Shown here: positions 16,167-25,252 of the stretch, piece after piece | Layout: every line of letters starts with the position of its first letter | Numbering within the stretch: position 1 is the stretch's first letter | Assembly (NCBI GenBank): GCA_031411295.1 | Contig: JANOAV010000052.1 | Location: 1 to 39,644 of the forward strand | DNA length: 39,644 nt | Origin: Verrucomicrobiales bacterium | GTDB lineage: Bacteria > Verrucomicrobiota > Verrucomicrobiia > Verrucomicrobiales > V1-33 | Reading direction: 5' to 3' | Made by a program: the position numbers and the translations under genes | Notes under the pieces: model-generated | What the model saw: the letters and a program-made list of their open reading frames with translations, nothing else | What the model was told of the DNA's origin: nothing | Databases searched by the model: none

Positions 16167-17798
16167 TTATTTCGCTTTGGATTTAGCGGGGACTGCAATG
16201 ACTTGTTTGGCTTCCAGGAGTTTCTCGCGCAGCGCGGTATAAGGCACTTCTTGGACGCTGACATTGGTTGCCACCGCCAGTCCGGCCGCAATGGCTGCGC
16301 TCTGGCTTAGAGCCATGAAGACGGGTTCCATGCGAATGGATCCATGGGCCACGTGGGAAGCCGAAATGCAGATGGGCGAAAGCAAATTTTCACACTCGCC
16401 TTTGCGAGGGATGATGGAACGGTAGGAAATGTGATAGGGCTTCGGCGGCACGCGCCAAATGACGCCATCGCTTTGCGCCAGGCCATCCTCGGTTACGAAA
16501 TGCTGCACGACATGAGAGTCCATGCCGAATGATCCCAGCGCCACGGGATCAGGGGCGGAGCGTTTCCCTTCGCAGTCGCTTTGGTTCATGACGTAGTCCG
16601 TCACCATGCGTCGCGCCTCACGAATATAGATCATCCAGGGCCAGCCACCATTGTCGGTAAATTCATCTTTGGAGAGTCCGAACGCGCTGGCCTTCTTGCG
16701 AATGGCTTCCGGCACCCGCGGGTTGTTGGAAAGGGTCCAGAGGAAGCCACGAATGTAAGTCTCATGCGCCTGCTCGATCTCGTGTCGCTTCTCATAGCTG
16801 CCTTCCGGATACTCCCAGTTTGCTCCCGAGTAATCGGATCCCACGGCATGCATGTTATTCCAATCCACCTTGGACCCTGTGCCTGCCAACGGTTCGACGA
16901 GTGCGGGGAGTCGGGCATCGCCTGCGTCGAAATTACGCAACAGCAGTTCGTGATCGATCGCTTGGTAGCCCGCTGGTTTCTCGATGGGAATGCGGAGCTT
17001 GGGATCGGTGGTTAGGCAGACCCGATAATTGTAACCTTGGATTTTCTTGTCGCCTTGGCCATTGGTCAGTCCTTCGATGCGATGAATATGCGGCAGCAGA
17101 CCGCTGGTCGGGTCGCCTGCCTTGATGTAAGGATCCACCGGCTTCACGAAATGATCTTTATCCTTCTGCGTGTAATGCACCCTTGGCTTGGTATCCCCCC
17201 GACGCACCCCCGCCAGATCCTCGTGGTATTGGCTCTCCGGCTCGCGTCCCACCGTGTAAGTCACCCCTGCCGCAGCCATCAGATCGCCCACATAGGTGGC
17301 ATCAATGAACATTCTGCCCCGGTAAGTCTTGCCGCTGAGCGTCGTGATCGCTTCAATGCGCTTCCCATTCAGCTTCACACCCTTCCCTGGTGCGCGATCC
17401 AATTTCTCATTCAGCACCACTAACACGCCGGCATCAGCGATCAATTTCTGAAATACCTGCAGCCCCACATGCGGCTCGAAACTCCGCACATAATCCGTGC
17501 CATAGGCTGCGGCCACGCCATCATAGAACTCCGAGGCAATGCCCCCGAACGTGCCGCGTCGGCCCAGAAAATCCGTCGCCCCCAAGCCACTGGCGCTCAT
17601 GCCCCCAAGGAATCCGGTGGGATTGACCAGCACGACCGAGTTCCCCTGACGTTTGGCGGCCACCGCCGCAATCACCGCGCCCGACGAATCGCCATAGACC
17701 ACCACGTCATACTGCGGCGCATCGACTTGGGCCATGAGCGCGGGCGCGCAATTTAAGGAGAACAGTGCAACGAGAAGAGTGGAGAGAGGGTATTTCAT
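16167..17798 (-). CDS. Secreted FAD-dependent oxidoreductase (FAD_oxidored/PF12831-like)
   Basis: YDVVVYG..SGA..AAVAA, LGGMSASGLG, FIDATYVGDL, YIREARRM, SASHVAHGSIRMEP. Confidence 0.9.
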   Translation of the reverse strand: MKYPLSTLLVALFSLNCAPALMAQVDAPQYDVVVYGDSSGAVIAAVAAKRQGNSVVLVNPTGFLGGMSASGLGATDFLGRRGTFGGIASEFYDGVAAAYGTDYVRSFEPHVGLQVFQKLIADAGVLVVLNEKLDRAPGKGVKLNGKRIEAITTLSGKTYRGRMFIDATYVGDLMAAAGVTYTVGREPESQYHEDLAGVRRGDTKPRVHYTQKDKDHFVKPVDPYIKAGDPTSGLLPHIHRIEGLTNGQGDKKIQGYNYRVCLTTDPKLRIPIEKPAGYQAIDHELLLRNFDAGDARLPALVEPLAGTGSKVDWNNMHAVGSDYSGANWEYPEGSYEKRHEIEQAHETYIRGFLWTLSNNPRVPEAIRKKASAFGLSKDEFTDNGGWPWMIYIREARRMVTDYVMNQSDCEGKRSAPDPVALGSFGMDSHVVQHFVTEDGLAQSDGVIWRVPPKPYHISYRSIIPRKGECENLLSPICISASHVAHGSIRMEPVFMALSQSAAIAAGLAVATNVSVQEVPYTALREKLLEAKQVIAVPAKSKAK

Positions 17799-18130
17799 GG
17801 TTTGAGGTTGCTAGGGAGCGTTCCTTTAGAGCTTCGCGAAATCGTCCACCAAACTCACGGCTGCTGCGGGGGATAGATGGCCTAGGGGTTAAAGGATTGG
17901 GATGGATTTCATCTGGTTGCCTGGGGGCGAGCGGTTAGAGTGGATTAAATAATCCCCAGATTAAGGATGGTGCGACAATTTGGTCCATCTTTTTCGAGAT
18001 GGTAACCTTCCCTTAAATGGGGCATGTTAAAAGTGCAGATTTTTATCAGAGAGAGCATTTTGACTTGACTGCATTTGCACCAATTCGTATTCAAAGAGGG
18101 CAAAGCTTGGTCATTTCTCCCATCCCTCTT

Positions 18131-18156
18131 ACAGAATTTACTGACAGAATTTACTG
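18131..18156 (+). repeat. Perfect 13-bp tandem duplication upstream of 18184
   Basis: ACAGAATTTACTG twice, plus a partial CAGAATTT at 18174-18181. Confidence 0.8.
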
Positions 18157-18183
18157 AACCCAATACTCCCCGCCAGAATTTGC

Positions 18184-18999
18184 ATGAAAAATCTGCTTAT
18201 AGTCCTGTTGTGCCCCGGTCTGGCAACAATCGCCTGCGCAGCGCCAGGCACGCTGACCATCAACGGCAACCTCACCTTAAAACAAGGGTCCATCGTGAAT
18301 ATCGAAGCGGCAGGCACCACGCCCGGCACTCAGCACGATGAAATCAAGGTTGGTGGCAACATCCTTCTGCTCAACGGCGGAGTTCCTGCGGGTCCCACGC
18401 TGAATGTCACCGCCATCAGTGGCTATTTGGGTGTCAGCGGTGATATTCTCGACATTTTTGATTTCACGTCCCTGACCGGAACTTTCGAAACGCTCAATCT
18501 TCCCCCCGGCAACTGGCAAACCACCAATCTCTCAACCCTGGGTGAACTCAATTTCCAGACTCCCAGCGGGTTCCTCGCGTGGCTTGGCAGCAATGGACTA
18601 GCCAGTGCTGCGGGCGACGACGACAATGACTCGCTGACGAACCTAGCCGAATATGCTCTTGGCGGTATCCCCGTGACAGGAGTTGGCTCAAACAGCACGT
18701 TCCTCCTGCCTACTCCGGATGTGGCTGGCGTTGATCCAAACAAAAAGCTCAACTTCAAATTTCTCCTTCCGGATGCGCCACCAACCGATGTGAAATACAT
18801 CATTCAGGTCCAAGATGACCTGCCTGGCACCTGGACAGATCTGGCCACAAAAACGGGATCAGGTGCCTGGACCGGTCTGGCCACAGTGACCACCGGTTCC
18901 TCCACTCTGAACCACACAACTTACACTTTGGAGGACGTGCAACCCACCGCTTCCGTGCCAAAACGTTTCATGCGCCTCAAAATGGAAATCCTCCCCTGA
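18184..18999 (+). CDS. Short secreted protein made of a passenger-terminal cap module plus the verrucomicrobial C-terminal domain
   Basis: Signal peptide, then APGTLTINGNLTL...IEAAGTTPGTQHDEI.V.G, then DDDNDSLTNLAEYALGG.P...RFMRLKME. Confidence 0.85.
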   Translation: MKNLLIVLLCPGLATIACAAPGTLTINGNLTLKQGSIVNIEAAGTTPGTQHDEIKVGGNILLLNGGVPAGPTLNVTAISGYLGVSGDILDIFDFTSLTGTFETLNLPPGNWQTTNLSTLGELNFQTPSGFLAWLGSNGLASAAGDDDNDSLTNLAEYALGGIPVTGVGSNSTFLLPTPDVAGVDPNKKLNFKFLLPDAPPTDVKYIIQVQDDLPGTWTDLATKTGSGAWTGLATVTTGSSTLNHTTYTLEDVQPTASVPKRFMRLKMEILP

Positions 19000-19077
19000 A
19001 GAAAGCGCATGGTATTTCCGCCCTCAGTAACGCAACTAGCTCTCTATTTCCCAAATCCATCTCCCCCCCATAAACAA

Positions 19078-21738
19078 ATGACGAATTTCCAAAAATCCTT
19101 CACTGGTCGAATCCTCCCGGCCGCCGCGAGCCTCAGCCTCACATCCGTGGCAGCATTTGCCCAAGTCACTTACGACTGGAACGGAACCACAGGTGGATCC
19201 TGGGAAACGGGTTTAAATTGGACCCCGAATGCCGCAGGTTCCACCTTCACTAGCCTGGACACGGTCCAACTCACCAAGGATTTTACCGCAGCCACTTGGA
19301 CCCTCGATGCCTCCACGACTATCAACAAGCTCATTTATGAAGATACGGGCACGACGGCGGACATTGTGGGGGTGCTCAACGCAGGCATCGGGGGCACACT
19401 GACACTTGGCGGGACCACGCCAACGATTGAGTTGCGCAATAGCTTTACCATCAACGCTCCTCTTGCCGGCACCAGCGGCTTTACCAAGACGGGAGCGCTT
19501 GGCTTGACCCTCACCGGAAACAATGCGGGACTCAGCGGCACCATGACCATTTCCGATCCCGGAGCGACCAATTTTGGAGGGGTGTTCATCAACAACCTGG
19601 CCGCGCTCGGGAGCATCACGACTGTCACCACCCTTGGAACGGCTACCACGGGCGGATTCTTCCGCCTTAACGGCACGGGCATCATCGTTCCGAACACGGT
19701 CACGTTCAACCTCAGCGGCCAGGGCGGCAACAGCGCCCCAAACGGCACCTTGGTGAGTTCCGGCACGGGGATCAACGAGATTCAGGGCACGATTAATTTG
19801 CAGTCCGCAGGAGTGCGAATTTCCAATACGGGTGCCACGCGATTGGACATTTCCGGCCAAATCACGGGAGCGCAGCCGGTCATCTTTCGCCTTGCCACCA
19901 GTGAGGGCGTCCACCTCATGAACACCAGCAACAACTGGACCGGGGCCACCACCCACTCCGGTGGCCTGTTGTGGTTTGAGCCCGGCACGCTGCCGAATGG
20001 CAACCTTGCGCATGCTGCCTCAGACCCAGGTTCCATCCAATCGTCAGGCAGCTTCAACCGCGCACTCGGCACTGGCGCGGGGCAGATGTTTTCTACCTAC
20101 GTCCAGAACGGTGCTCGCGAAACAGGCTTCAGCGCTCGGGGTGGGGCGCTAACGGTCAATCTTGGCGGAGCGGGTGCGGATGTGAAGTTTTACAATTTTG
20201 CCGCCATCGCAACTTCAGGAACGTGGACCACGACATCTACCACCATCAACATGACCAGCACCACTGGCTACGTAACGGGCATGGTCATCAGCGGTGGAAC
20301 GGGGCTGCCAACCAACGCAACCATTACCGCCGTCTCGCCCACATCGTTGACCATTAACAATCCAACGACCGCTGCTCAGGCGACTGCAGTCACCGTAACT
20401 GGCTCGCAAAATAACTCTGCCCAGTGGAACACCAACATTCTCAGCCTGAACTGGAACCACTCCGACAGCAAGTTGACCTTCGCGAATAATCTTGATCTCA
20501 ACGGCTTCACCCGCACCATCGCTGTGCGTAATAGCGTGTCCGAAATCTCGGGAATTATCAAAAACACCAACGCCACCGTAACCAACTCTGGTATTAAAAT
20601 TGTGGGAGATGCATCCATTGCTGACGGCACCGCCTCCACCGTTTACGGCACCCTCATCTTGTCCGGAGCCAATACCTTTACGGGAAATGTGAATGTCGCC
20701 CGCGGTCGCCTGCAAATTACCAACACCCAATCACTAGGGCTGCGGGATGGCACCAACAATAAAACGATTTCCCTCAACAACGGTGCCGCCGGTAACCCCC
20801 AATTGGCACTTGATGGCAGCGGCGGAGCCATAGATCTCCCATCTTGGATGGTTTACCAAACCAGCAACAATACCCGGGCGGCCATTCTCAATCTGAGTGG
20901 CGACAACATCATCCGTGGCAATATTTCGATGACGACCGGTGGGGGTGGCACCACGCTCCAATCTGATGCAGGTAAACTCACCCTCATGGGAAACATCACG
21001 CCCGCCGCAACCTTGCGTGACCTAAAAATCGGTGGGGCAGGTAATGTCGAACTCACCGGAGTCATCGCGAACGGCACCACCGTCAATATGCCCGTTACCA
21101 AGCTAGGCGGTGGCATTGTGACCCTCAGCGGGATCAGCACTTACACGGGGGCAACCTCTCTGGAGGGCGGCCTCACTCTGGTGAACGGAAAACTGGCGAA
21201 CACACCAACGACCGTGAAAAATACTGCCACCTTGGGTGGCGGTGGCACCATTGGGGGAGATGTCACGCTTGAGGCAGGGGGCACGATTGCTCCCGGCAAC
21301 AGCCCCGGCATCCTGACCATCGGCAGTCTCACCACCACGGGCACCGGCACTCTAAGTATCGAACTCAATGGAACTGCTCCAGGCACGCAATATGACCAAC
21401 TGGTCGTCAGCAGTGCGGGCGGCGGCACCGGTGCCTTGTCCCTCGGCACCACCATCATCTCCCTTTCCCTCGGCTTTACCCCGGCCGTGAACGACAAGTT
21501 CTTCATCCTGCTCAATGATGGCGTGGATCCTATTTCTGGTAACCTCCTCAATGGTGTCACTCCTATCCTGGAGGGCGACATAGTGAACCTGGGCGGCCAG
21601 AATTTTGCGGTCAGCTATCAGGATAATGGTGATGGCGGTGCCGTCGGCAACGACCTCAGTTTCACCGCCGTCCCTGAACCGGGCACTACGGTCCTCGGTG
21701 CCATTGGTATCTCCGCGCTACTTAGACGTAAAAGATAG
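19078..21738 (+). CDS. PEP-CTERM-sorted surface protein with autotransporter-associated beta-strand repeats
   Basis: Signal peptide ending AFA-Q, beta-solenoid repeats, and C-terminal VPEPGTTVLGAIGISALLRRKR. Start 19078 preferred over 19009. Confidence 0.93.
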   Translation: MTNFQKSFTGRILPAAASLSLTSVAAFAQVTYDWNGTTGGSWETGLNWTPNAAGSTFTSLDTVQLTKDFTAATWTLDASTTINKLIYEDTGTTADIVGVLNAGIGGTLTLGGTTPTIELRNSFTINAPLAGTSGFTKTGALGLTLTGNNAGLSGTMTISDPGATNFGGVFINNLAALGSITTVTTLGTATTGGFFRLNGTGIIVPNTVTFNLSGQGGNSAPNGTLVSSGTGINEIQGTINLQSAGVRISNTGATRLDISGQITGAQPVIFRLATSEGVHLMNTSNNWTGATTHSGGLLWFEPGTLPNGNLAHAASDPGSIQSSGSFNRALGTGAGQMFSTYVQNGARETGFSARGGALTVNLGGAGADVKFYNFAAIATSGTWTTTSTTINMTSTTGYVTGMVISGGTGLPTNATITAVSPTSLTINNPTTAAQATAVTVTGSQNNSAQWNTNILSLNWNHSDSKLTFANNLDLNGFTRTIAVRNSVSEISGIIKNTNATVTNSGIKIVGDASIADGTASTVYGTLILSGANTFTGNVNVARGRLQITNTQSLGLRDGTNNKTISLNNGAAGNPQLALDGSGGAIDLPSWMVYQTSNNTRAAILNLSGDNIIRGNISMTTGGGGTTLQSDAGKLTLMGNITPAATLRDLKIGGAGNVELTGVIANGTTVNMPVTKLGGGIVTLSGISTYTGATSLEGGLTLVNGKLANTPTTVKNTATLGGGGTIGGDVTLEAGGTIAPGNSPGILTIGSLTTTGTGTLSIELNGTAPGTQYDQLVVSSAGGGTGALSLGTTIISLSLGFTPAVNDKFFILLNDGVDPISGNLLNGVTPILEGDIVNLGGQNFAVSYQDNGDGGAVGNDLSFTAVPEPGTTVLGAIGISALLRRKR

Positions 21739-21826
21739 GCTCAGGCCGTTGGCAGATGAGTGGCGTCTGTGCCTCCCTGTAGGATTACCAGTTGAATCCC
21801 GCTAAGGGAAACTTTAGGGGAAGCGC

Positions 21827-22654
21827 ATGATTGATGAGATCGAATTTCCCCCGGCCTACTGGCAGCGCTTTAGCGGCATCGCGCGGTTGTATGGCCGTGC
21901 GGCGTTGGCGCGGTTTCGGGCAGCGCACGTGTGCATCGTGGGCGTGGGGGGAGTGGGCTCATGGTTGGCGGAAGCGTTGGCACGGAGTGGCGTCGGAGCG
22001 CTGACGTTGATTGATTTGGATGACGTTTGCGTGACGAATGTGAATCGTCAGTTGCCTGCGCTGGATGGCACCATCGGGAAACCGAAGGTCAATGTGCTGG
22101 CAGATCGCGTGCGGGCCATCAATCCGGAAATTACGGTGCATGCGATCACGGAGTTTCTGGGGGCAGCAAATGCGGACCAACTGATCCATGAAAAATACAG
22201 CTATCTGGTGGATTGCGTGGATCGGGTGGGCATCAAGATCCTGCAAATCCTACGTTGCAAGGCCTTGGGCATTCCCATGGTGACCATGGGCGGAGCCGGC
22301 GGGCGCAAGGATGCACTGAAAGTTAAACTCTGTGACCTGCAACACTCCAGTGGGGATCGGCTCCTGCGCTATGTCAGGAAAAAACTCCGGGCAGAGCATC
22401 GCTTCCCACGCGATCTGCGACGCAAGTTCGGCGTCATGGCGGTTTATTCAGACGAACTGCAAGTCTTCCCCTGGTCCGACGGCACCTGTCGCGCCACCGC
22501 CGAGGAAGGCGAAAACCTTCGCCTAGACTGCGCCAGCGGCTTCGGAGCCGTCACCCACGTCACCGCCGCCTTCGCCATGATAGGAGCCGGGGAAGTGCTG
22601 CGTGGGCTGATTGCGGCGGTGGAGAGTAGCGCGATTGCAGAGACGGAAGAGTAG
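21827..22654 (+). CDS. tcdA: tRNA threonylcarbamoyladenosine dehydratase (ThiF/E1-like)
   Basis: RF....RLYG, GVGGVGS, LIDLDDVCVTNVNRQL, GGAGG, VYSDE, RLDCASGFGAVTHVTAAF. Confidence 0.92.
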   Translation: MIDEIEFPPAYWQRFSGIARLYGRAALARFRAAHVCIVGVGGVGSWLAEALARSGVGALTLIDLDDVCVTNVNRQLPALDGTIGKPKVNVLADRVRAINPEITVHAITEFLGAANADQLIHEKYSYLVDCVDRVGIKILQILRCKALGIPMVTMGGAGGRKDALKVKLCDLQHSSGDRLLRYVRKKLRAEHRFPRDLRRKFGVMAVYSDELQVFPWSDGTCRATAEEGENLRLDCASGFGAVTHVTAAFAMIGAGEVLRGLIAAVESSAIAETEE

Positions 22655-22684
22655 AGGCTTTTCCCCGCCCACCAAAACGAGCAC

Positions 22685-22719
22685 TTGGCATTGAGCTTTA
22701 TTTCGGGTAGCTTGCTCGC
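22685..22719 (+). promoter_or_regulatory. Sigma70-like promoter, probably giving a leaderless transcript
   Basis: TTGGCA-N17-TAGCTT-N6-ATG(22720), with no Shine-Dalgarno sequence. Confidence 0.55.
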
Positions 22720-22935
22720 ATGTCGATTCAACAACTCCTTATTTCCGAAGTGTCCCAGCAGCCAGAACCGCTGTTACGGGAAGTTTGGCACTACTTGACT
22801 TTCCTCAAGTCCAAGTCGGCCGAGGCTCCGGCTTCCCCGACGACAGTTCGGCCCGGATTTGGAGCCGTTCCAGGCATTAGACTCGCAGATGATTTCGATG
22901 CCCCCTTGGAGGATTTCGCAGATTACCGCCCATGA
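22720..22935 (+). CDS. DUF2281-like antitoxin
   Basis: LREVWHYLTFLK N-part and R..FG...G.IRLADDFDAPLEDFADY C-part. ATGA overlap with the downstream PIN gene. Confidence 0.82.
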   Translation: MSIQQLLISEVSQQPEPLLREVWHYLTFLKSKSAEAPASPTTVRPGFGAVPGIRLADDFDAPLEDFADYRP

Positions 22936-23138
22936 AGTTTCTCTTAGACGCCCATGCGTTGCTATGGTTTCTGGCCGGGGACAGCAAACTCAGCGCGAAG
23001 GCGTTGGCGTGCGTTCAGGACGGTCGGAACATTTTGTTCGTGAGCCCGGCAACTCTCTGGGAAATAGGTATCTGTGGTGAAATTCCATCAGTCAGGAAAT
23101 CACGAAATTTCCTTGTCCAGTTTCAGCGCGAGCGGTGA
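22932..23138 (+). pseudogene. Truncated PIN-domain (VapC-like) toxin
   Basis: MKFLLDAHALLW...LS...VSPATLWEIGI is a typical PIN N-half. Similarity stops at about 23072 and the ORF ends at 68 aa, lacking the DPFDR-type C-half. Confidence 0.8.
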
Positions 23139-23145
23139 GATACCC

Positions 23146-23415
23146 ATGATGAAACCTTCCCCCTTGACAGAACTGAACCCGGCTGATTTGCTGTCGCTCT
23201 ATGCTAATGCAGCGGATGAATCTGCATTTGCGGAACTGGTAAAACCCGTTCCAGAAAGAAAACGGTAGAATGTGGAACCGCCCGCTGGGCTGCTCATTCT
23301 AGATCAGCCCAGCGGGCTGACCCACATTCTTTTGAATTCACTCATTTTAAAAGGAAAATGGACTGATACGCCGAGGCCCGAACGTGCTATCCCGGATTTC
23401 GCAGGGTGCTTAAAA
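23146..23415 (+). pseudogene. N-terminal remnant of an ECF sigma factor, interrupted by a miniature element
   Basis: ADLLSLYANAADESAFAELV resembles the D.ELL..Y.....E.AF.ELV opening of PVC ECF sigma factors. A degenerate continuation RRGPNVLS..RRVL can be read after the element. Confidence 0.6.
23242..23366 (+). mobile_element. About 125-bp non-autonomous miniature element (family A) containing an inverted REP pair
   Basis: Nested inverted repeats AGAATGTGG/CCACATTCT and CCCGCTGGGCTG/CAGCCCAGCGGG. Second copy at the window start. TA at 23240-41 and 23367-68. Ends uncertain by about 2 bp. Confidence 0.72.
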
Positions 23416-23508
23416 ATAAAAAAAGTTGAAAATTGTTCTAAGAAGCTTGCGCTCTGAATCGTTTTTGGCCTAGAATCCCACCACACTGCCCCAAATCCCA
23501 ATAATTTT

Positions 23509-25137
23509 ATGAATCAAGATCCCAACCATTTTCCCCATGACCCGAACCAGCATGGTTACGGAGAGTTTGACGCTGGCTTTGGCGCTGAAGGCCAAGAGTT
23601 CGCTACTTTTACGCCTCGCGCCAAGGAGCCTTACTGGAAGCGCATTGGCGGTGGATCCCTGGGACTTAGTCTGCTGGTGCATATTATTTTCGTGCTGATT
23701 GCCTTGTTCATCATCAAGTTCGTGGTGGACAAGAAAAAGGAGGAGGCGGTGGATTTCCTGCCGGGTGGCGGTGGTGGTGGCAAGGCCTCCCAAGCCAAGA
23801 TGGCCAATAAACGGAAGTCCGTGACCATGAATACGCCAAAATCCCGGATTGCAGCCAATGTGCAAACTTCCACCGTAACCCTGCCAGATGTGCAGACGAT
23901 GACCACGGACACCTCCATTTCCGGCTTCGCGATGCCTGCGGCAGGCGGAGTGGGCGGTGGTGAAGGCGGGCTGCGCGGCAAGGGCCGCGGGGGTGCCTTG
24001 GGTGATGGCATGGGCAAGGGCGTTGGTCCCGGCAGTGGGATTGGGTTTGTCGGACTGCTCCCTCCGAGCATGCGGAGTCGGTGTTCGCCCCAAGAGCGGG
24101 CGGAAAAAATGCGGCAAAATGGGGGTAATGAAGACTGCGAGAGGGCGGTAGTGAAGGCGCTGGATTGGCTTAAGAGCAAGCAATCTCCCGGCGGTTACTG
24201 GGGCACCACGCACAAGGCCTCGATGACTGGCTTGGCGTTGCTGGCATTCTACGGCCACTGTGAAACTCCAGATAGTCCATTTTATGGGCAAAACGTAAGT
24301 TTGGGCATCACCTACTTGACGAATTTGGGACTAAAGAATAAGGGATTCTTCTCGGAGTTGCTGGGCGTCAATAATCACTGCGTTTACGAGCACGGGATCG
24401 CCTGTTATGCGATGGGTGAAACGTATTCCTTCTCCAAATTGGGCAACAAACAGTTGCCAAACTTGCGCGAGACCTTCGAAGACGGGGTCAACATCATCGT
24501 GCGGAACCAGCAGGAGAGTGGATCCTGGGGGTATGGCGGCTCCAGCCCCAGCTACGTCAAGGACCGGGAAGACATGTCCGTAACTGGGTGGCAGTTCCAA
24601 GCGCTGAAGGCTGCCAAGCACACCAATCTCAAGATCGATGGCTTGCAAAGCGCCATTAAAAAGGCCGCTGATTACTTGGAGAGCAAACTCCAGCCAGATA
24701 CCGGTGGCTTCGGTCAGAATTCAAATCGGGATGGGGCCTACGGCATCTACACCATGACTGGAATTGGGGTGTTAGGGCTGCAAACCCTTTCCGGCGGTAA
24801 CTTGGGTAAGGCCAACAAAGGGATTCGTTTCCTCGAAGATGAGTTGAACAAGGATCCGCTCGACTGGAAGAAGAACGCCAATCTCTATTGCTGGTATTAC
24901 AACACCCAGGCCTTCTTCCAAAAAGGTGGAAAAGAATGGGAAGGTTGGAATAAGCAATGCCGGGAGCAAATCCTGAAAAACCAAAAGCCTGATGGCTCGT
25001 ATCAAACCGAGGTGGGCACTCATAACGCGGCCACGACTGCCGCTGCTGGCGCGGATGCGGATATCTACCGCACCTGCATGTGCACGCTGATGCTGGAAGT
25101 TTATTACCGTTACCTGAAGGTTGGAGCGGGCGAGTAA
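23509..25137 (+). CDS. Membrane-anchored prenyltransferase/squalene-oxidase-repeat (alpha-alpha toroid) protein
   Basis: N-terminal TM helix (SLLVHIIFVLIALFII), Gly-rich linker, QW-like repeats (ALDWLKSKQSPGGYWG, NQQESGSWGY, NQKPDGSY), DMSVTGWQFQAL, C-terminal LMLEVYYRYL. Confidence 0.85.
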   Translation: MNQDPNHFPHDPNQHGYGEFDAGFGAEGQEFATFTPRAKEPYWKRIGGGSLGLSLLVHIIFVLIALFIIKFVVDKKKEEAVDFLPGGGGGGKASQAKMANKRKSVTMNTPKSRIAANVQTSTVTLPDVQTMTTDTSISGFAMPAAGGVGGGEGGLRGKGRGGALGDGMGKGVGPGSGIGFVGLLPPSMRSRCSPQERAEKMRQNGGNEDCERAVVKALDWLKSKQSPGGYWGTTHKASMTGLALLAFYGHCETPDSPFYGQNVSLGITYLTNLGLKNKGFFSELLGVNNHCVYEHGIACYAMGETYSFSKLGNKQLPNLRETFEDGVNIIVRNQQESGSWGYGGSSPSYVKDREDMSVTGWQFQALKAAKHTNLKIDGLQSAIKKAADYLESKLQPDTGGFGQNSNRDGAYGIYTMTGIGVLGLQTLSGGNLGKANKGIRFLEDELNKDPLDWKKNANLYCWYYNTQAFFQKGGKEWEGWNKQCREQILKNQKPDGSYQTEVGTHNAATTAAAGADADIYRTCMCTLMLEVYYRYLKVGAGE

Positions 25138-25252
25138 GTTCGTATCCTGAGTAAATCTGTCGCCCCGATTCACCGCTGAGTTTCAGTGTGGAATCGGGGC
25201 GCTGCCTTTTCGGGTGAGAATCTTCCTTGCAGGTTGGAGGGAACCCGGTTGA

